A DNA stretch of 64,000 bases from Octopus sinensis (lineage: Eukaryota), in assembly GCF_006345805.1 (NCBI RefSeq), contig NC_042998.1, forward strand, positions 36,022,001-36,086,000, read 5' to 3'. The position numbers were made by a program, and so were the translations under genes. Position 1 is the stretch's first letter; the number at the start of each line of letters is the position of its first letter. Under the pieces are notes generated by a model. The model worked only from the letters and a program-made list of their open reading frames with translations. It searched no databases and was not told the DNA's origin. This document shows positions 22,517 through 34,759 of the stretch, one piece after another.

Positions 22517-25500
22517 CTGAGAATGTCTGTCTGTCTGTCTGAGTGTTTCCCTAAAACTTGAGAACTACACAACCAATTTCATTCAAATTTTACACATGCC
22601 TTACTTAAGGTCCGGGGAGTGTCATCGGCAAAAAAATCTTAACTTTTTCCCTAGGGCGACCCCACAGCAATATCATATCTTCTCCACTATTTCAGTATTA
22701 CGTGTTAAAAGTGAAACAAAAACATTTCTCTTTTGTAATGCAGACACTTTCACTATTAAAGTGAAAGTATTATATAACAGGGATGAACCATTAACAATGG
22801 TCATCCATTTTGCTAGAAGAAGATCCGCCATGGTCTTATATGCTACACCACTGGTTTTCAATTCATATTAATCAAATTAATATTCAATTTTTCACCCTTA
22901 TTATGTGTGTGTGTGTATTAGCAATTCGTATAAAATTGCATCAATGACTTGAACTTGAATAAGTGGTTTCACATAAATGGGGATAAATTAAAAAGGTTTG
23001 TTGTTATCATTATTACTGTTTGATTATTGTAATCACGTTTGTTGGTTCCTCGTGAGGGAAACGTTGTTGTGTTGCATTTGTTAAATAATTGTAAACTGTA
23101 ACCCTCCCCCTTTCAGAGAAAGGTCTTTGGTTATTGTTTAAAAATTGAATTGTGTCCCTGTTTGGGGAAATCGACAATATTTTCACCGTCTTTACGGAAG
23201 CATTTTTGTTAAAATGCCTTCGATAGAAGAAAGTCCAAAAATGAATTTCGCTGCAGCCGTACACTTCCTATAGAAGAAGGAGGACAAGATCCAATTGATC
23301 GAAATTGCAAGAGACGGGCCTACAATTCCAGTCTGTTATATATTTTGAGTATTGTTATCATAGCGATATCAATATATAACTTTGTATTTTGTATTTTATG
23401 TGTAGATGTATATATATATAGATGTACAGCGAAGATCAATTCCAATGACATCGACAACATAATCTCTGCAGAGCTTCCTGATCCAGCTTTAGACAAAGAA
23501 CTATACGAAATAGTTAAAGCAAACATGGTACATGGTCCGTGTGGGTGTGGATTCAACATAAACTCACCATGCTTGAAGGACAGCATATGTTCAAAAAGAT
23601 TTCCAAGGAGGTTCCTACAAGAAACTCAGACAGGTGCTGATGGGTATCCATCATACAGACGCAGGTTTCACAGCAACTATCGGATAGCACGATATTGATA
23701 ATAGATGGATTGTTCCATACTGCCCACTCCTGTCAAAGACTTTCAATGCCCACATCAACGTTGAGTTTTGCAACTCCGTTAAATCCATCAAGTACATTTG
23801 CAAATATGTAAACAAGGGTTCTGACGCTGCAATATTTGGACTTCAACAAGAATACTGCTAGGATGAGGTGACGCATTATCAGGTGGGACGGTACATAAGT
23901 AGCAACGAGGCTTTCTGGTGCATCTTTGGCTTTCCAATTCACCAACGACACCCCGCCATTCAACAGCTTGCAGTGCACCTGGAAAATGGTCAAAGAGTGT
24001 ACTTGACCGATGCTAATGCTAATGTCGACGTATGGCCTGCCACAAGCATTCAGGTCAGAGTCAAATAGCCTTCCCACTGCTGTCATTCGTGAAATAACCT
24101 ACGACACTCAAGCGCTTTCAAAGTACATTGTTGAAAATGAGCCTAAATTACTTCCGGACCAGCTGCAGGCCTACAGAACTATTCTTAAAAGTGTACGTCA
24201 ACGCGAGGGACGAATCTTCTCCTGGAGAGACAGGAAAACCATTTATTACAAAGCTTCTCCTTGCAGAAGTTAGGTAGCATCAGTAGCTGTAGCCTCCTCT
24301 GGCATTGCAGCTACTTTGTTACTCGGTGGCAGGACAGCACACTCAACTTTTAAACTCCTTCTCAATTTAGCAGCATCCGAAATGCCTTCATGCAACATCA
24401 ACAAAAGCTCAGATCAGGGACAAGTACTTAAAATGTGTCATCTAATTGTCTGGGATGAGTGCACTATGGCTCACAAGGGAGCTTTGGAAGCATTAGATAG
24501 AGCCCTGAAAGATATCCGAGACTGTCAGGCTCCAATGGGAGGTGTAACGCTTCTGTTGTCAGGTGATTTCAGGCAAACTCTTCCTGTCATTCCGAAAGGC
24601 ACTAGAGCAGATGAAGTCCAAGCATGCCTAAAGTCCTCTACCCTGTGGCATCATGTTACAATCCTCATTCTCACCACTAACATGAGAGCTCAGCTACACG
24701 GCGACAAAATGTCCACAAAGTTTGCACAGGACATTTTGACACTTGGTGAAGGCGATGCCTCTCGATGCTGCAGGACAAATGGAAGTGTGGTTATTTTCCT
24801 CTGTTGTTAATTCTGTAGATGACCTCAAAAACGAAGTATTTCCCAACTTCACACAAAACTACCAAAATCACAATTGGCTGTGTGAAAGAGCAATATTAGC
24901 TCCAAAAAAACGTCGCTGTTAACAAAATTAATCAACAGCTAATGCATTCTCCTCCCGGCACTATACACACTTACAAGTCTGTTGATACAATTCCAGATAT
25001 AAATGAAGTGAATTATCCTCCTAAATTTCTCAATTTACTGGAGCCTCCTGGACTACCTCCACACATATTAGCACTTAAAGTTGGAACTCCTGTAATGCTA
25101 CTCCGCAATCTGGAACCACCAAGACTTTGCAATGGAACACGACTGGTGATAAAGAAAATGATGTCACACGTTATCGAGGCGATCATTCTTTCTGGATGTG
25201 GAAAAGGTGATGTCTTTATTCCAAGAATTCCTCTTACTCCATCAGGAGCAGAAATTCCATTTACATTCAGAAGACTGCAATTCCCCCTTTGTGTCAGCTC
25301 TGCCATGTCCATTAACAAATCTCAGGGTCAAACCCTCGCTGTAGCTGGTCTTGGAAGAGCCCTGCTTCTCGCATGGGCAACTGTATGTTGGCTGCTCAAG
25401 AGTAGGAACCAAAAGAAACCTTTTTGTATATGCTCCACAAGGAAAAACAAGGAACATTGTTTACAACGAGGTGTTATAATCTCAACAGCCAGGAGGTATA
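22500..25500 (+). mobile_element. Decayed autonomous-type Helitron (3' CTAG end not found)
   Basis: Helitron-like 5' region (TATATGAAACTGAGAATGTCTGTCTG...) upstream of RepHel fragments. Linking this 5' end to the RepHel is inference. Confidence 0.7.
23420..25479 (+). pseudogene. Helitron Rep/PIF1-like helicase pseudogene
   Basis: Rep motifs: MVHGPCG, DGYPSYRRR, DNRWIVPY, NAHINVEFC, KYICKYVNKG. Helicase motifs: PGETGK, SSGIAATLLLGGRTAHS, IVWDEC, GDFRQTLPV, RAILAP, LCNGTRL, INKSQGQT, HGQLYVGCSR. Stops, frameshifts and deletions are present. Confidence 0.95.
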
Positions 25501-25561
25501 TACATGACCCCCCCCCTTTTTTAACAAACTTCATGTACTGTCATGTATTTATATATATATA

Positions 25562-26064
25562 CATGGAAAAATGCAAGCATGAAAAGTAATATTCTTAAGA
25601 TTATAAACCTGGAAAAGTACGGGACAAGTTATGACACCTGTAAACGTATAGGACAAACTACTACTTTAAGTAAAATAAAGAATAAGAAACTTTTTACTTA
25701 AAATATTGCACCAAGGAATGCCACTTCTTCTAATTTATCACTCTTTAGAGTTCTCATCTTTTATTGCGCAAAACTGTTCTGCTAATTTGCAAGTTTTTTC
25801 TAATTAGTCACTATTTTCTGTATTTAAAGTAGTAAAGTAGCCAAATTGTACTTAAATATGTATAGTGTTATTTGAAAACTATAATAAAATAATTTTTAAT
25901 ATTCAAATTTTAATTTTAGTTGCAATATTTTAAGTAAAAAGTTTCTTATTCTTTACTTGAAGTAATAGCTTGTCCTATACTCTTACAGGTGTAATAAATT
26001 GTCCTGTACTTTTCCGGGTTTATAATCTTAAGAATCTTATTTTTCATGCTTGCATTTTTCCATG
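25562..26064. mobile_element. Foldback/MITE-like element with about 145-bp inverted arms
   Basis: 25562-25710 versus 25921-26064; begins CATGGAAAAATGCAAGCATGAAA. Confidence 0.8.
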
Positions 26065-27124
26065 CAATCCATGATTTTTCCAGACATTGCTGTTATAAGA
26101 TAAGTAATAATGTGTCAATAATTTAAGATTTTACCTTATAAAATACAGAAAAATAATATTTCAATTTATCCATGTTGAATTTAAATATATGTTGTGATTG
26201 AATTATTTGATATTACCCATCTACACCAAATTTATGGCAGGGATTTTTACCATGTTGTTCGTTGCACCATGGATCACCAAAAATTACAAGCAACAAGATC
26301 CCAAAACGATCAGTTACCAGGCTCACCTTAAGTAACCTAATTTTGCAATATTAGGAGGTCACAGGAACTCATTCAACGAAAAAAACATTTCCATCGATTC
26401 CGGGATTGGGAGGGTGAACCCCACCTAATTTTTTCAGAACCAAAATAAGGGATTTGCAGCACATTAGGAGGTCAAGGTCCTGATTCCACGCAAAAAATCT
26501 TTTTTTTTCTTAGTGAAAATCGTGCGGGTGTTAATATAGAAATTGACTATAATGTTGTTATTTAACCTCAAATCAACCCTGATACTGAAAACGTATTATC
26601 AAAGACATTCCAGCCTTCAGCAAACCGTCTTTTTAGGGATAATCTAGGACATTACATACAATGGGCGTGTGATTTAGGTACGAGCTACTTTGGCTGCTAT
26701 TTTTAACGTGTGGAGCGACCAGGTAGAGGCTCTTTCAATGGTTCGATTGCGTGATGAGATTTTTTTTACACATTTATGTAATATGTATATATATCATCGG
26801 CAGAAGTTAGAGAGTAAGTCAAAAACTGAGAGTTTCGTGTATTTGGCACTTATCAAACACGAATTTGCCCATTGTCACTCTGTAACTTCAGACGAGATAA
26901 CTTCTAAAGTACAAAATTTTATCCAAAACGTTAAGAGTAAACCCTGTTCTATGTGACACATTCTACCAGTAACGGAAGTTTGAAAGTGTTTAGTTAAAAA
27001 AAATGAATTAAAAGGACACACACAATATGGTCAAAACATCATATTGTCTCAAAAATTTTTGAAAATTTTCCCTAAAAATTTTTCAAAAGTTTTTCGAAAA
27101 TTTTCCGGCAAAATTTTTGAAAAA

Positions 27125-27442
27125 AATTCCGCCGAGGTCGACTTTGCCTTTCATCCTTTCGGGCTCGATTAAATAAGCACCAGTTACGCACTGGGGTCGA
27201 TGTAATCGACTCAATCCGTTTGTCTGTCCTTGTTTGTCTTCTCTGAGTTTAATCCCTTGTGGGTAGTAAAGAAATAGGTATTTCATCTGCTGCTACGTTC
27301 CGAGTTCAAATTCCACCGATTTTTACTTTGCCTTTCATCCTTTCGGGATCGATAAATTAAGTATCAGTGAAATGCTGGGTTCGATGTAATCGACTAGTCC
27401 CCTCCCACAAAATTTGAGGTCTTGTGCCTTCAGTAGAAAGGA
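27125..27442 (+). mobile_element. SINE family A dimer (5'-truncated A1, then A3)
   Basis: Junction AAAGAAATA|GGTATTTCATC at 27276/27277. Confidence 0.88.
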
Positions 27443-28850
27443 TATACAGAATACATCTACATTCAATTAACGTTGATTGGTTGGCTAATATATTTGAATT
27501 GACTAAATTAACCACTAAATTTGAAGGTGGCTTAAACTTTAAGGAAGTTCCTTTTACACATTTAATCAAGACTATTAAAATTAATTCTTATTCGAATAAC
27601 TAATTTCTTATTGAATACTTACTAAGAATTGAACCAACCATGTTCAAGTCGTAAATTTTCCATTGATCTCCCGACTTCTTATTTAGGAAATTGGTATGAA
27701 AAATAATATTTTTCTGAATAACTCTCTTCTTTAGAAAGGCACGATTTTGGTTCTCAAATCCTGATAATGATGTTAAGTTTGTTATCTTAGCATTTCATAT
27801 TGATGCTTTATCAAAATATTACGTATAATATTTATGTTTGCATTAATACATAATCACACAGCACCACTGTCGCTGCTTATGCTCCACCTCGGTTATCTTC
27901 CATTCTGATTACAAATCTTAAATGTATGTTTGTACGCATGTATGTATCTGTGTGAGCGAGAGTGCATTTAAGCCTGCATGGCTACAGCTGCCTATACGGA
28001 TACCTTATCCGCAGGATACAAACTGCCATGTACATGGACAGTAAGCAAATCCTGGATTGACATTTTCAGCAAGTTAAGGTCGCATTAAATGTGTTAATGG
28101 AAATCAATCTCGAAATGAGAGATTACTGATAAAGATGGCGTCCGCCGAGCAGCCGCCGCCGAGAAGCCGCCGCTACCGCTGTTGAATGCAGTTTTATTAT
28201 GGGATAGAGCCAGATAATATATTAGCTGCTACCGTTGGTCTTGTTCACTAGCTTAAGGTCAGCTTTGATCGAGCAGATTTATGATCAACCTTGAAGCTGT
28301 GACCACCCCGTTTCTTTTTCTATAACCATGTCTGTGTTTTTCCGTATCTTCTTTTTAAAGCAGTAGCTTAGGAATTGGCTGCTACGTCTGGCAAACTGAT
28401 TGATCGTGTAGGGTTTCCATCGTGGTTTCATGCGTAGGTATAAGGCCAACATATTATCCGGACGAATTTTATTTGATTGAACTACCACGAATATATCACA
28501 AATATTTAGCTCAACCTTATTACGAGAATGGTTATTGTAATTGTCGTCTGGTTCTCCATGAGTCTGATCCAGCAGGCGTTTCAAACGTAATCATCGTAGA
28601 TTTTTGTATGGCAAGCATTACATTGGCAAATGGATGCATAATTCGGAACGTAGGTTGTATTTGAAGAGAATAAGGATGCTATTTCTAGTAAATCACCCTT
28701 ACATGCACAGATTCCGTTCTTGGCTTGTAAATGGAAGGTTAAGCTATTAACGCTATTCAAATTCATAATTTAGACGAAAGAAACAAAACACTTTTAAGTT
28801 CTGTAATCTGGCAATCTTAACATTTCTATCAGCTCATTGCCTCTAAGTGA

Positions 28851-28887
<37 letters not shown>

Positions 28888-29139
28888 ATATATGCATGTA
28901 TATATGTATAGCGAGAGAAACTGAGGGAGAGAGACAGAAAGAGAGAGGGAAAAGAGAAAGAAAGCGAGAGAGAGATAGAAAGAGAAAGAAGGAGAGAGAG
29001 TGAGAGGAAGAGAAGGAAAATTGTAACGCCACAAGAAATTATATCTACACTGGAGGTGTCAAAAGCACAGCCGACGTTAGAACATTTTTTTGAACACAAA
29101 ATGTGTTTCATAATGTATAAATATTAAAACTTTAGCTGC

Positions 29140-29176
<37 letters not shown>

Positions 29177-29272
29177 AATAATGAAGGGTGAAATTAATTA
29201 ATTTGGAATAATTATCAATTACACCAAGTAGTCTTCGGCATGTAAAAGCCTCATTCGAGGAAAATTTAAGTA

Positions 29273-29453
29273 ATACTAAGCAATAAAGGGTTTAGCAACG
29301 AATTGCCTTACCACATACCGAATTTAGAAATAGCAGTCAAAGAGTTATAGCTATTTCTTCTTTTTGGTAGAAGAAATAGCTATAACTCTTTGACTGCTAT
29401 TTCTAAATTCGGTATGTGGTAAGGCAATTCGTTGCTAAACCCTTTATTGCTTA

Positions 29454-29457
<4 letters not shown>
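29273..29457. repeat. Perfect 89-bp-arm palindrome with 7-nt loop
   Basis: 29273-29361 is the exact reverse complement of 29369-29457; loop TTTTGGT. Confidence 0.95.
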
Positions 29458-29486
<29 letters not shown>

Positions 29487-29488
<2 letters not shown>

Positions 29489-29570
29489 CGCCGAGGTCGA
29501 CTTTGCCTTTCATCCTCGGTCAACACAAGTCCCCTCCCCCACATTTCAGGCCTTGTGCTTATAGTAGAAT
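29487..29570 (+). mobile_element. SINE family A fragment (A3 tail)
   Basis: CCGCCGAGGTCGACTTTGCCTTTCATCC ... CAGGCCTTGTGCTTATAGTAGAA. Confidence 0.75.
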
Positions 29571-29592
29571 ATATATATATATAATATATATA

Positions 29593-29942
29593 TGGAGGCA
29601 CAAGGGCCCAGTGATTAGGGCAGCGGTCTCGCGGTCATAGGATCGCGGTTTCAATTCCCAGACCGGGCGTTGTGAGTGTTTATTGCGCGAAAACACATAA
29701 ATCTCCACGAGGCTCCGGTAGGGGGTGGTGGCAAACCCTACTCACCCACTCTTTCTTCCTGTTTCTCTTGTGACTGTATTTCAAAGGACCAGCCTTGTCA
29801 CTCTGAATCTCCCCGAGAACTACGTTAACGGTACACGTGTCTGTGGAGTGCTCAGCCACTTGCACGTTAATTTCACGAGTAGGCTGTTCCGTTGGTCTGA
29901 TCAACTGGAACCCTCGTCGTCGTAACCGACGGAGTGCCACAT
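29593..29942 (+). mobile_element. SINE family C (tRNA-like head), tail C1
   Basis: Head GGAGGCACAAGGGCCCAGTGATTAGGGCAGCGG...GGTTTCAATTCCC; tail GCACGTTAATTTCACGAG...AACCGACGGAGTGCC. Confidence 0.85.
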
Positions 29943-29956
29943 CACATATATATGAT

Positions 29957-30140
29957 GCAGCGAGCTGGTAGAGACGTTAGCACGCCGGGCTAAATACTTA
30001 GCAGCATTTCGTCTGTCTGCACGTTCTGGGTTCTAATTCCGCCGAGGTTGATAAATTAAGTACCAGTTGAACACTGGGGTCGATGTAATCGACTAGCACC
30101 ATACTCCCAAATTCCTGGCCTTGTGCCAAAATTTGAAACC
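29957..30140 (+). mobile_element. SINE family A, A2 tail, internal deletion
   Basis: Family head; tail TGGCCTTGTGCCAAAATTTGAAACC. Confidence 0.8.
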
Positions 30141-30155
30141 AATATTATATATATA

Positions 30156-30652
30156 GTAGCAGTATCGCCCGGCGTTGCTCGGGTTTGTAAGGGAAATAAC
30201 TATATAAGCATTTTTAGTGAGTTATAGCAAAAAAATAGCAAAAAATGCATTAAAAATGGAATAAAAAATGATGGTAATTTTTTTAAAAATCGTTGACTCA
30301 TCGTAGACATTTTTAGAGAGTTACTTCCCTTATATAATAGCGAAAATGCATTAAAATGGAATAAAAAATTATGGTAATTTTTTTTTTAATCGTTGACTCA
30401 TCGTAGACATTTTTAGAGAGTTACTTCCCTTATATAATAGCGAAAAATGCATTAAAATGGAATAAAAAATTATGGTAATATTTTTTTAAATCGTAGACTC
30501 ATCGTAGACGCGCGCTAATACCTAGAAGGGCTCGATATGAATGACGACTATAAGATACCCGGTTTTGGTTACATTGCACCGCAAAATGTGGGAGTAGTTA
30601 GGAATCTAAATCGTAGGAGACAGACACACAACCTTACTTTTATATATAAAGA
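30156..30652 (-). mobile_element. Non-autonomous Helitron with about 90-bp internal tandem subrepeats
   Basis: Minus 5' end A|TCTTTATATATAAAAG; 3' end has the CCCGAGCAACGCCGGG hairpin plus CTAC|T (CTAG mutated). A|T insertion site. Confidence 0.8.
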
Positions 30653-30945
30653 TTTGTGCAACAACTAAAACATTCGGTTGTGCAAATTGTTTGCACAGGA
30701 AACCTGCCCTGTGTGGCGGTAATTGCCGTTTTTCTGGATCTGTTTCAGCTTTTTTAGCGATTTCTGTTTTGGCGACTTCAAGCCATGAAGTCGTTGTTCC
30801 AAAAGAACGCTGGTCTCCTTGACAACGCATTACGACGTTGATTTCCTTACACTCCTTTCCCCACAGCTTCGCGAGGGAGAGAAGAAGGGGGAGAAGCAAC
30901 ACAAGTGCAGGTGTGAGCGTGGGCGCCAACTCCGCCGCCATCGAC

Positions 30946-31168
30946 ACACGAAAAAATATGCATTAAAATGGAATAAAAAATGATGTTAAATTATTTTTAA
31001 AATCGTAGACTCATTGTAGACGCGCGCTAATACCCAGACGGGCTCGATATGAATCACGACTATAAGATATCCGAATTTGATTAAACTGCACCGCAAAATG
31101 TGGGAGTAGTTAGGAATCTAAATCGAAGGGGACAGACACTCACACAACTGCAGTTTTATATATATAGA
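30946..31168 (-). mobile_element. Second, partial copy of the same Helitron (5' part)
   Basis: Near-identical to 30440-30652; minus 5' end A|TCTATATATA. Confidence 0.75.
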
Positions 31169-31184
31169 TATATATATACACACA

Positions 31185-31915
31185 CAAGGTGTATTCTTGT
31201 TGTTCCGAGTGTTTTTTCAGGAGAGACATTTATTAATTTCAAAGAAGTACAAACCCTAATCTCCTTCAAAATATGATTCTCTGACTTCAATGCACCTGTT
31301 TTAACGCTCCATCCACTTCGTGAAGGCCCCTTGGAAGTGAGGGTGTCCAGGACTGTTGTCACAGCCGCCTTCATCTTCAAATCCCCTTTAGCTTGGGGAA
31401 TAACCGAAAGTCGATGGAGATATGTCTGGAGTGTAGAGAAGGTAAGGGACAGTTTTGATGTCCCTCTCTGTCAAATGGTTGATTACCAGGATGTTTGTCA
31501 CATGCACTAATATTGTGCATATTCAGTTCTTCATAGATAATTCTGTATACATTTGCCACACCAACTCTCAACTGTTTGTGTATTGTCTTTATAGACACAC
31601 GGCAGTCGTCATCGAATTTTCTCAACCTGCTCATATGATCTTATTTCCACATCTCTCGTCTCTTGTCTTCTCTCTACTGTTCTTGAGTCTCTTGCACCAG
31701 CGAAAAAGGTAACCCATGACCGGTGTGGAGCATTTCATCAGTTCCTGTAGCGTTTTTGTTCGGTTTAACATGAAACTTTATAGCATAGCGAGCTTCCAAT
31801 CGTCCTCTCTGCAAATTGGCAGGCCAACCTATTAATGAATCGTAATGATTACAACAATCTAGGACTGTTATAACTGTCAATCATAAAAAAGCCTCAGTTC
31901 TGGAATGCACCTTTC
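31185..31915 (-). mobile_element. Mariner transposon, internally deleted
   Basis: EARYAIKF.VK.NKNAT, DD.RVSIKTI..QL.VG..V..II.EEL, DFRLFPKLKG, KAAVTTVLDTLT. Degenerate TIRs (A)AGGTG(T/C)ATTC with TA at 31916. Confidence 0.8.
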
Positions 31916-32006
31916 TATCAGGGTATGTGTATACATTTGTGCTCTTCCTACAGCACCAGGAAATATTTTACTCCTATTTCTAGCGATTAAGGTGACTCGG
32001 CGCCCT

Positions 32007-32421
32007 TATTTCTTTATTTCCCACAGAGGGCTAAGCATAGAGAGGACAAACAAGGACAGACAAACGGATTAAGTCGATTATATCGACCCCAGTGCGTAAC
32101 TGGTACATATTTAATCGACCCCGAAAGGATGAAAGGTGAAGTCGACCTCGGCGGAGTTTGAACTCAGAACGTAGCGGCAGACGAAATACCTATTTCTTTA
32201 CTACCCACAAGGGGCTAAACACAGAGAGGACAAACAAGGATTGACAAAGAGATTAAGTCGATTATATCGACTCCAGTGTGTAATTGGTACTTAATTATCG
32301 ACCCCGAAAGGATGAAAGACAAAGTCGACCTCGGCGGAATTTGAACTCAGAACGTAGCGGTAGACGAAATACAGCGAAGCATTTCGCCCGGCGTGCTAAC
32401 GTTTCTGCCAGCTCGCCGCTT
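32007..32421 (-). mobile_element. SINE family A dimer (A1-A1) flanked by one TSD
   Basis: Junction at 32190/32191; flanks GACTCGGCGCCCT (31994-32006) and GTCTCGGCACCCT (32424-32436). Confidence 0.92.
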
Positions 32422-32591
32422 TAGTCTCGGCACCCTTAGTCACATTTAGTAACGACTGATTTTTCCCTTTATGGTATTATATTGTGCATAGCAGTTTATA
32501 TTAGTTTATACACACACACATGTATATATATATATGTATAAATACACATACATTATAAAGATACAGATATTTGAATATATGTATCTTTTGT

Positions 32592-32910
32592 GGAGGCACC
32601 TTGGGCAAAGTATCTTCTACTATAACCTCGGGCCGACCAAGCCTTGTGAGTGGATTTGGTAGACGGAAACTGAAAGAAGCCCATCGTATATATACATGTT
32701 TGTGTATGTGTGTGTGTGTGTGTTTTTGTCCTCCCACCATCTCTTAACAACCGATGTTGGTGTTTTTACGTCCCCATAACTTATTGTATCGGTCTCTTTT
32801 GCCGAACCGCTAAGTACTAGGCTTACAAAAGAATAAGTCCTGGGGTCGATTTGTTCGACTAAAGGCAGTGCTCCAGCATGGCCGCAGTCAAATGACTTAA
32901 ACAGATAAAA
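32592..32910 (+). mobile_element. SINE family B, 5'-truncated and rearranged
   Basis: Starts at GGCACCTTGGGCAAAG; family tail present. Confidence 0.85.
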
Positions 32911-33130
32911 TACACACACACACACACCACACACACACACATATCTATGCATGGATATTTCATCCAGTCTCTACAGTTGTATCACTGTTTGTGCATTTGG
33001 AAATATATTATTATCTTATTTGCAACTCACAATACACATTTCAGCGCTTCTAAGGCAACCATTGGTTTGTTTACATTTATCGTACACACACACACACAGA
33101 GACACAGACACACACACATACATACATACA

Positions 33131-33556
33131 CAGGGTAGGTGGAAAGTAACTAGGTATTAGAAATTGCTTATAGAATTTTTAGTGTCACTGGTCATGACAA
33201 AAGCATTTTTAAAACAGACTACATTAATGGGGATTTCTTATTGTCTTATTTCTTATTTTCCACATGGCCAGTTGCTTGACAATAGTGAGCTAAGATAGCA
33301 GCATGCTATGAAGTGTGGAATTCCATTGTTTTGGTTCAGAGATGGTGGTGTGCATGGAAAGGTAAGCATGCAACACTATGTCCGGAGACAATAAAAAGTT
33401 GTCATGCAAAGCTGATGACCACGGGCTCAGTGAATGATGCAAGAAGAAGTGACCGTCCAACCACATCCTGATCAGCGGAAAACCTGGCAACCAGTGCAGG
33501 AAATGTTTAATTGCATCCCGCAAAAATCAACACATTAAACAGCTCGTGAAAGTGGA
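33131..33556 (+). mobile_element. Tc1/mariner-superfamily transposon 5' fragment
   Basis: TIR-like CAGGGTAGGTGGAAAGTAAC, then AKIAACYEVWNSIVLVQRWW...LMTTGSVNDARRSDRPTTS (N-terminal HTH region). Confidence 0.75.
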
Positions 33557-33574
33557 CCAATGTATATGTGTTTT

Positions 33575-34165
33575 GCAAACAACTTGTACATGCAAGTGCT
33601 ACCAGTCGAGAACTCCGCATACCGGAAGCCAGCAAGTGCATGGGGTCATCAGGAGAGAATGCTCGCCGTTTCGGGGCCTACTTCTCGACGGTATCAAATC
33701 GCACCACCCCTCACTGATATGAGGCCCCGCTTGCTAGATCAGCTGGTTATCAAATAAAGCTCAATATTCTTCTAGCCATCGCTTATCGTCCCTTTTTAAC
33801 CAAATCCAGCGGCTAATCTTTTTTCACTGTAGTTTGGCTATCGATGATGGTGGTATTTACTTTACGATGAGTTAAGCCTAACGATAACAGCAGTCGTCTC
33901 ACACTGTGTTCAACAAACCCTCTACATCCGACTTCGATTGGAAAATGCTCTGCTTTCCAGCTTGTGTCTTCACATTCCTCGACGAGGTTTACATAACGGT
34001 CAGTCTTTCGAGCCCGAGCGTCGTCCATGTTATCTTCATGAGGAACCGTTAACTCAACTAGATTCACAACTTTCTTTCACACCACATGGGAAAGAGTCCT
34101 TGGCACTCTGGCAAATCTGCAGCCACCTCCCAAAAACCGTTCCACTTTTCATCACTCAATAGAAG
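33575..34165 (-). mobile_element. HERO-like non-LTR retrotransposon 3' fragment (RLE domain plus 3'UTR)
   Basis: WEVAADL...VNLVELTVPHEDNMDDARARKTDRY..L.EECE...WKAEHFPIEVGCRGFV...WIWLKRDDKRW. Confidence 0.85.
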
Positions 34166-34645
34166 TTTGTATGTATGTATGTATGTATGTATGTATGTAT
34201 GTATGTATGTATAAGCAGTGATTGAGGTTAATGTAAAGTTGTTATCCGTTCAAATATGTTAGAGGTATTTGAACCCATAAGAAGGTTAACCGCTGAAGTT
34301 TGCCAAGGCGATTATTCTCGCTGTAAAAAAGGTGTAAATACATCAATGTCTGTTCGAAGCGTCCTCCTTCGCTTTCTAAAAGATAAAAACCTAGTCTTGT
34401 AATCAGTTTGGAGTTACCTCTCTTTTCGATATGTGTACCCCCCCACGTATGTATGTATGTATGTATGTATGTATGTATGTATGTATGTATGTATGTATGT
34501 ATGTATGTATGTACGTATGTGTTTATGTATGTATGTATGTATGTATGCTTGTATTTATGTATGTATGTATGTACGTATGGATGTATGTTTGTATGTGTGT
34601 GTATGTATGTATGTATGTGTGTGTATGTATGTGTTTATGTATATA
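34160..34645. repeat. (ATGT)n tetranucleotide arrays (34165-34212, 34447-34645)
   Basis: Direct runs. Confidence 0.9.
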
Positions 34646-34759
34646 TTAATTTGTTGAAATGTCACAGATGTTACTCAAAGGCCGAAATTTTTGTAAATGG
34701 CACGAAGACAGATGAAAACGACGTCTTTACCCAACGACCAACGAGAGTGAAACAGAGAA

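Noticed and set aside
24942-25589. Host PIF1 helicase gene
   Set aside because: It is contiguous with Helitron Rep motifs and broken by stops and frameshifts, so it is a TE pseudogene.
33640-33745. Hammerhead in the HERO 3'UTR (GGGGCCT/AGGCCCC-GAAAC, CTGATGA)
   Set aside because: No CUGANGA directly precedes the stem, and the downstream CTGATGA has no complementary stem II.
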